This document shows, piece after piece, positions 34,651-36,705 of a DNA stretch of 36,705 nt. The notes beneath the pieces were generated by a model that ran no database searches, was not told the origin of the DNA, and saw only the letters and a list, made by a program, of their open reading frames with translations. The translations under genes and the position numbers were made by a program. The DNA lies in NCBI RefSeq assembly GCF_004010195.1, contig NC_057718.1, positions 3,412,894 to 3,449,598 of the forward strand, in the 5' to 3' direction. The number at the start of each line of letters is the position of its first letter. Position 1 is the first letter of the stretch. The DNA is from Chiloscyllium plagiosum. Taxonomy: Eukaryota.

Positions 34651-35451
34651 CACATCTTAATGGGTTACAGCAGAAAGCAGTTTAACTGGTAGTTTAAATG
34701 ATACTGAGATCTAGATCAGCCATGGTCCAGCTAAATGTGGAGTTGGTTCATGAAAGTGAATGTCTATGGAATACAATACATTCCTAGAAAACAAATCCTT
34801 TTGTATTCTGTTAGATTCTCAAATCTCTATTATTAAAGATAAATACAGGCTGATGGAGTTATATTGAGAAAATTCCAGGATGACCTGATAGGCCCATGAA
34901 TTGTTGTCAAAAACCATCTGGTTCACTAATGTCCTTCAGTGAAGAAAATCTATCATCCTTACCTGGTCTGACCTACATGTGACTCCAGACCCACAGTGAT
35001 GTGGATTGTTCTGATTGCCCTCTGGAATAAACAGTGAAGTGACTCAGTTTGAGGGCAATTCGGGATGAAGAACAAATGTTGGCTTTGCCAGCGATGCCTA
35101 CATCCCATCAGAAAATGAAACAAATGAACTCCACGATAACCTGCCCATTACCTACAGCAGTTTAGTAAATATTGTGGCTACAAGAGCAGGTGGAATCCAG
35201 TAACTCACACTCTGACTCCCACACAGTCTGTGTACCATATTTCAACAAAGCAGAAGGCAGGAATTTGTTCAGCAAATTGCAAAAAACATTCTCTTTGTGT
35301 ATGTGTCTGCCTGTGGGTGTGTGTTTGTGTATCTGACAATTTGTGTATGTGAGAGTATGTGTGTTGGTGTTTATGGTTTGTGTTGTATATGTGTGTTGTG
35401 GTGTGTTTTGGTGTCTGCGTGCTGTGGCGTGTGTGTCTGCATGTGTGTTGG

Positions 35452-35790
35452 GCAGCACGGTGGCTCAGTGGATAGCATTGCTACCTTACAGTGTTAGGGG
35501 GGCAGGTTTCCATTCCAACCTTGATTGACTGTTTGTGTAGAGTTTGCACATTTTCCCCATCTCTGTGTGTCCAGTTTCCTCCCAAGTCCAAAGATGTGCA
35601 GGTTAGTTGGATTGGCCATTCTAAATAGTCCATAGTGTCCAGGGATGTGTGGCAAGGAGTATTCGCTATCAAAATGCAGTGTTACAGGAATAGGGTAGGA
35701 AGACAGATCTGTGTAGGATGCTCTTCAGAGGGTCAGTGTAGACTTGATGGGGCAAATGGCCTGCTTCCACACTGTCATAATTCTATTATT
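35452..35790 (+). mobile_element. HE1-type V-SINE within a TG-rich tract (35297-36535)
   Basis: tRNA-like head gcagcacggtggctcagtgg and V core. Confidence 0.82.
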
Positions 35791-35924
35791 CTAAAAGTGT
35801 GTGCATGTAGATGTGTGAGAGTGTATGTGTGTGTATTTGTAAGTCTGAGGGTTTGTGTGTCTCTTTCTCAATGCATGTATATATGTGTTTACACAAGTGT
35901 ATTTGTGTGTTTTGAGTGTACGTA

Positions 35925-36283
35925 TGTCTAACCTTCCTTACAAAGATGTCTGCAAGAGAGACATGAAGTCACTGAACATTGATGTCAAGAGGTGGGAGGA
36001 CATTGCAAGCGATCACTGTTAGTGGAGGCTGGAATTACGCACAGATATAAAAACAGGAGAAGAGAATCTGAGGCTTGCTGCTGAAGAAAAGCGCACCCAC
36101 CGAGAAAACAGCAACAAGACAACCCGGGGTGGGACAGCACCTTCATGTGCAATCACTCCAGCCGAGGCTGTCACTCTCATGTGGGCTTCTACAGCTCCAA
36201 TAGACACTGCCCTCCCAACAAAGATTGAAACAAGGCTTCCTAGGTACAGATCCATGGTTTCATGAGACAAACGGATGACCATT
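35925..36283 (+). mobile_element. RTE-clade LINE 3' end
   Basis: YKDVCKRDMKSLNIDVKRWEDIASD..WR, then a decayed C2H2-like FMCNHSSRGCHSHVGFYSSNRHC; short 3' UTR. Confidence 0.7.
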
Positions 36284-36705
36284 CAGTGTCTGTATTTTTG
36301 TCTGTGTATGTATATGTGAGACAGAGTATGTGTATGTTCTATATGTATTTTAGTACATGAGTGTCTGTGAGAGAGTGAGTTTATGTGCATGAATGTGTAT
36401 GTTTAGTGTGTCAACTAGCATGTGTGTACATGAATGAGGCTATTTGTGTGCATGGATATTTGTGGGTTGTATGTGAGATGCTATGTGCATTGTGTATTTG
36501 GATAGGTATGTGTTGTTAATGTGTGTGTGTGTAGGTGTAAATGTTTCAGTCTGTACTGCACCTGGTTATTCTTGCCTCATCTCCGGCAGTCAGAGAGATG
36601 TACAAAATGCAATGAAGACACAGGGTCAAGATGAGTGAATTGAGAGGCCAGCAGATAATACATTCCCTTTCTTCCTCAGGTAGAATGTGCACCCATTCAC
36701 TTAAA

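Noticed and set aside
34700-34765. Possible - strand paralogue of the YVN tail exon
   Set aside because: Similarity is weak, all frames stop early and there is no YxN

Overview
Eukaryotic, transposon-rich genomic DNA, almost certainly from an elasmobranch (shark). This is inferred from HE1/V-SINEs, SacSINE1-like SINEs, CR1/HER1-like LINEs and Penelope-like elements. Between the repeats lies a largely decayed, tandemly and invertedly duplicated cluster of non-rearranging, antigen-receptor-like Ig superfamily genes. Each V-set exon already carries its own J-like G strand (YYCxxW..IYGxGSQLxV) and has no RSS. On the + strand there are four VJ exons: 2549-2878 (pseudo), 8517-8861 (intact), 11003-11346 (pseudo) and 13232-13579 (pseudo). 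They are followed by an uncharged TM exon (16193-16310) and a phase-compatible cytoplasmic exon with an MYVN (YxN) motif (19322-19391). On the - strand there is a leader exon with a stop (29603-29648), a truncated VJ exon (26981-27122), a degenerate VJ exon missed by the ORF track (~32903-33245) and an inverted paralogue of the TM-to-tail intron at the right edge. Repeats include a near-full-length CR1 LINE, a Gmr1/SCAN-type Gypsy relic, an RTE fragment and many nested Penelope-derived inserts that carry minimal hammerhead-ribozyme motifs and target-site duplications. There is one assembly gap (30204-30480). All homologies were judged by eye, and repeat boundaries are approximate.
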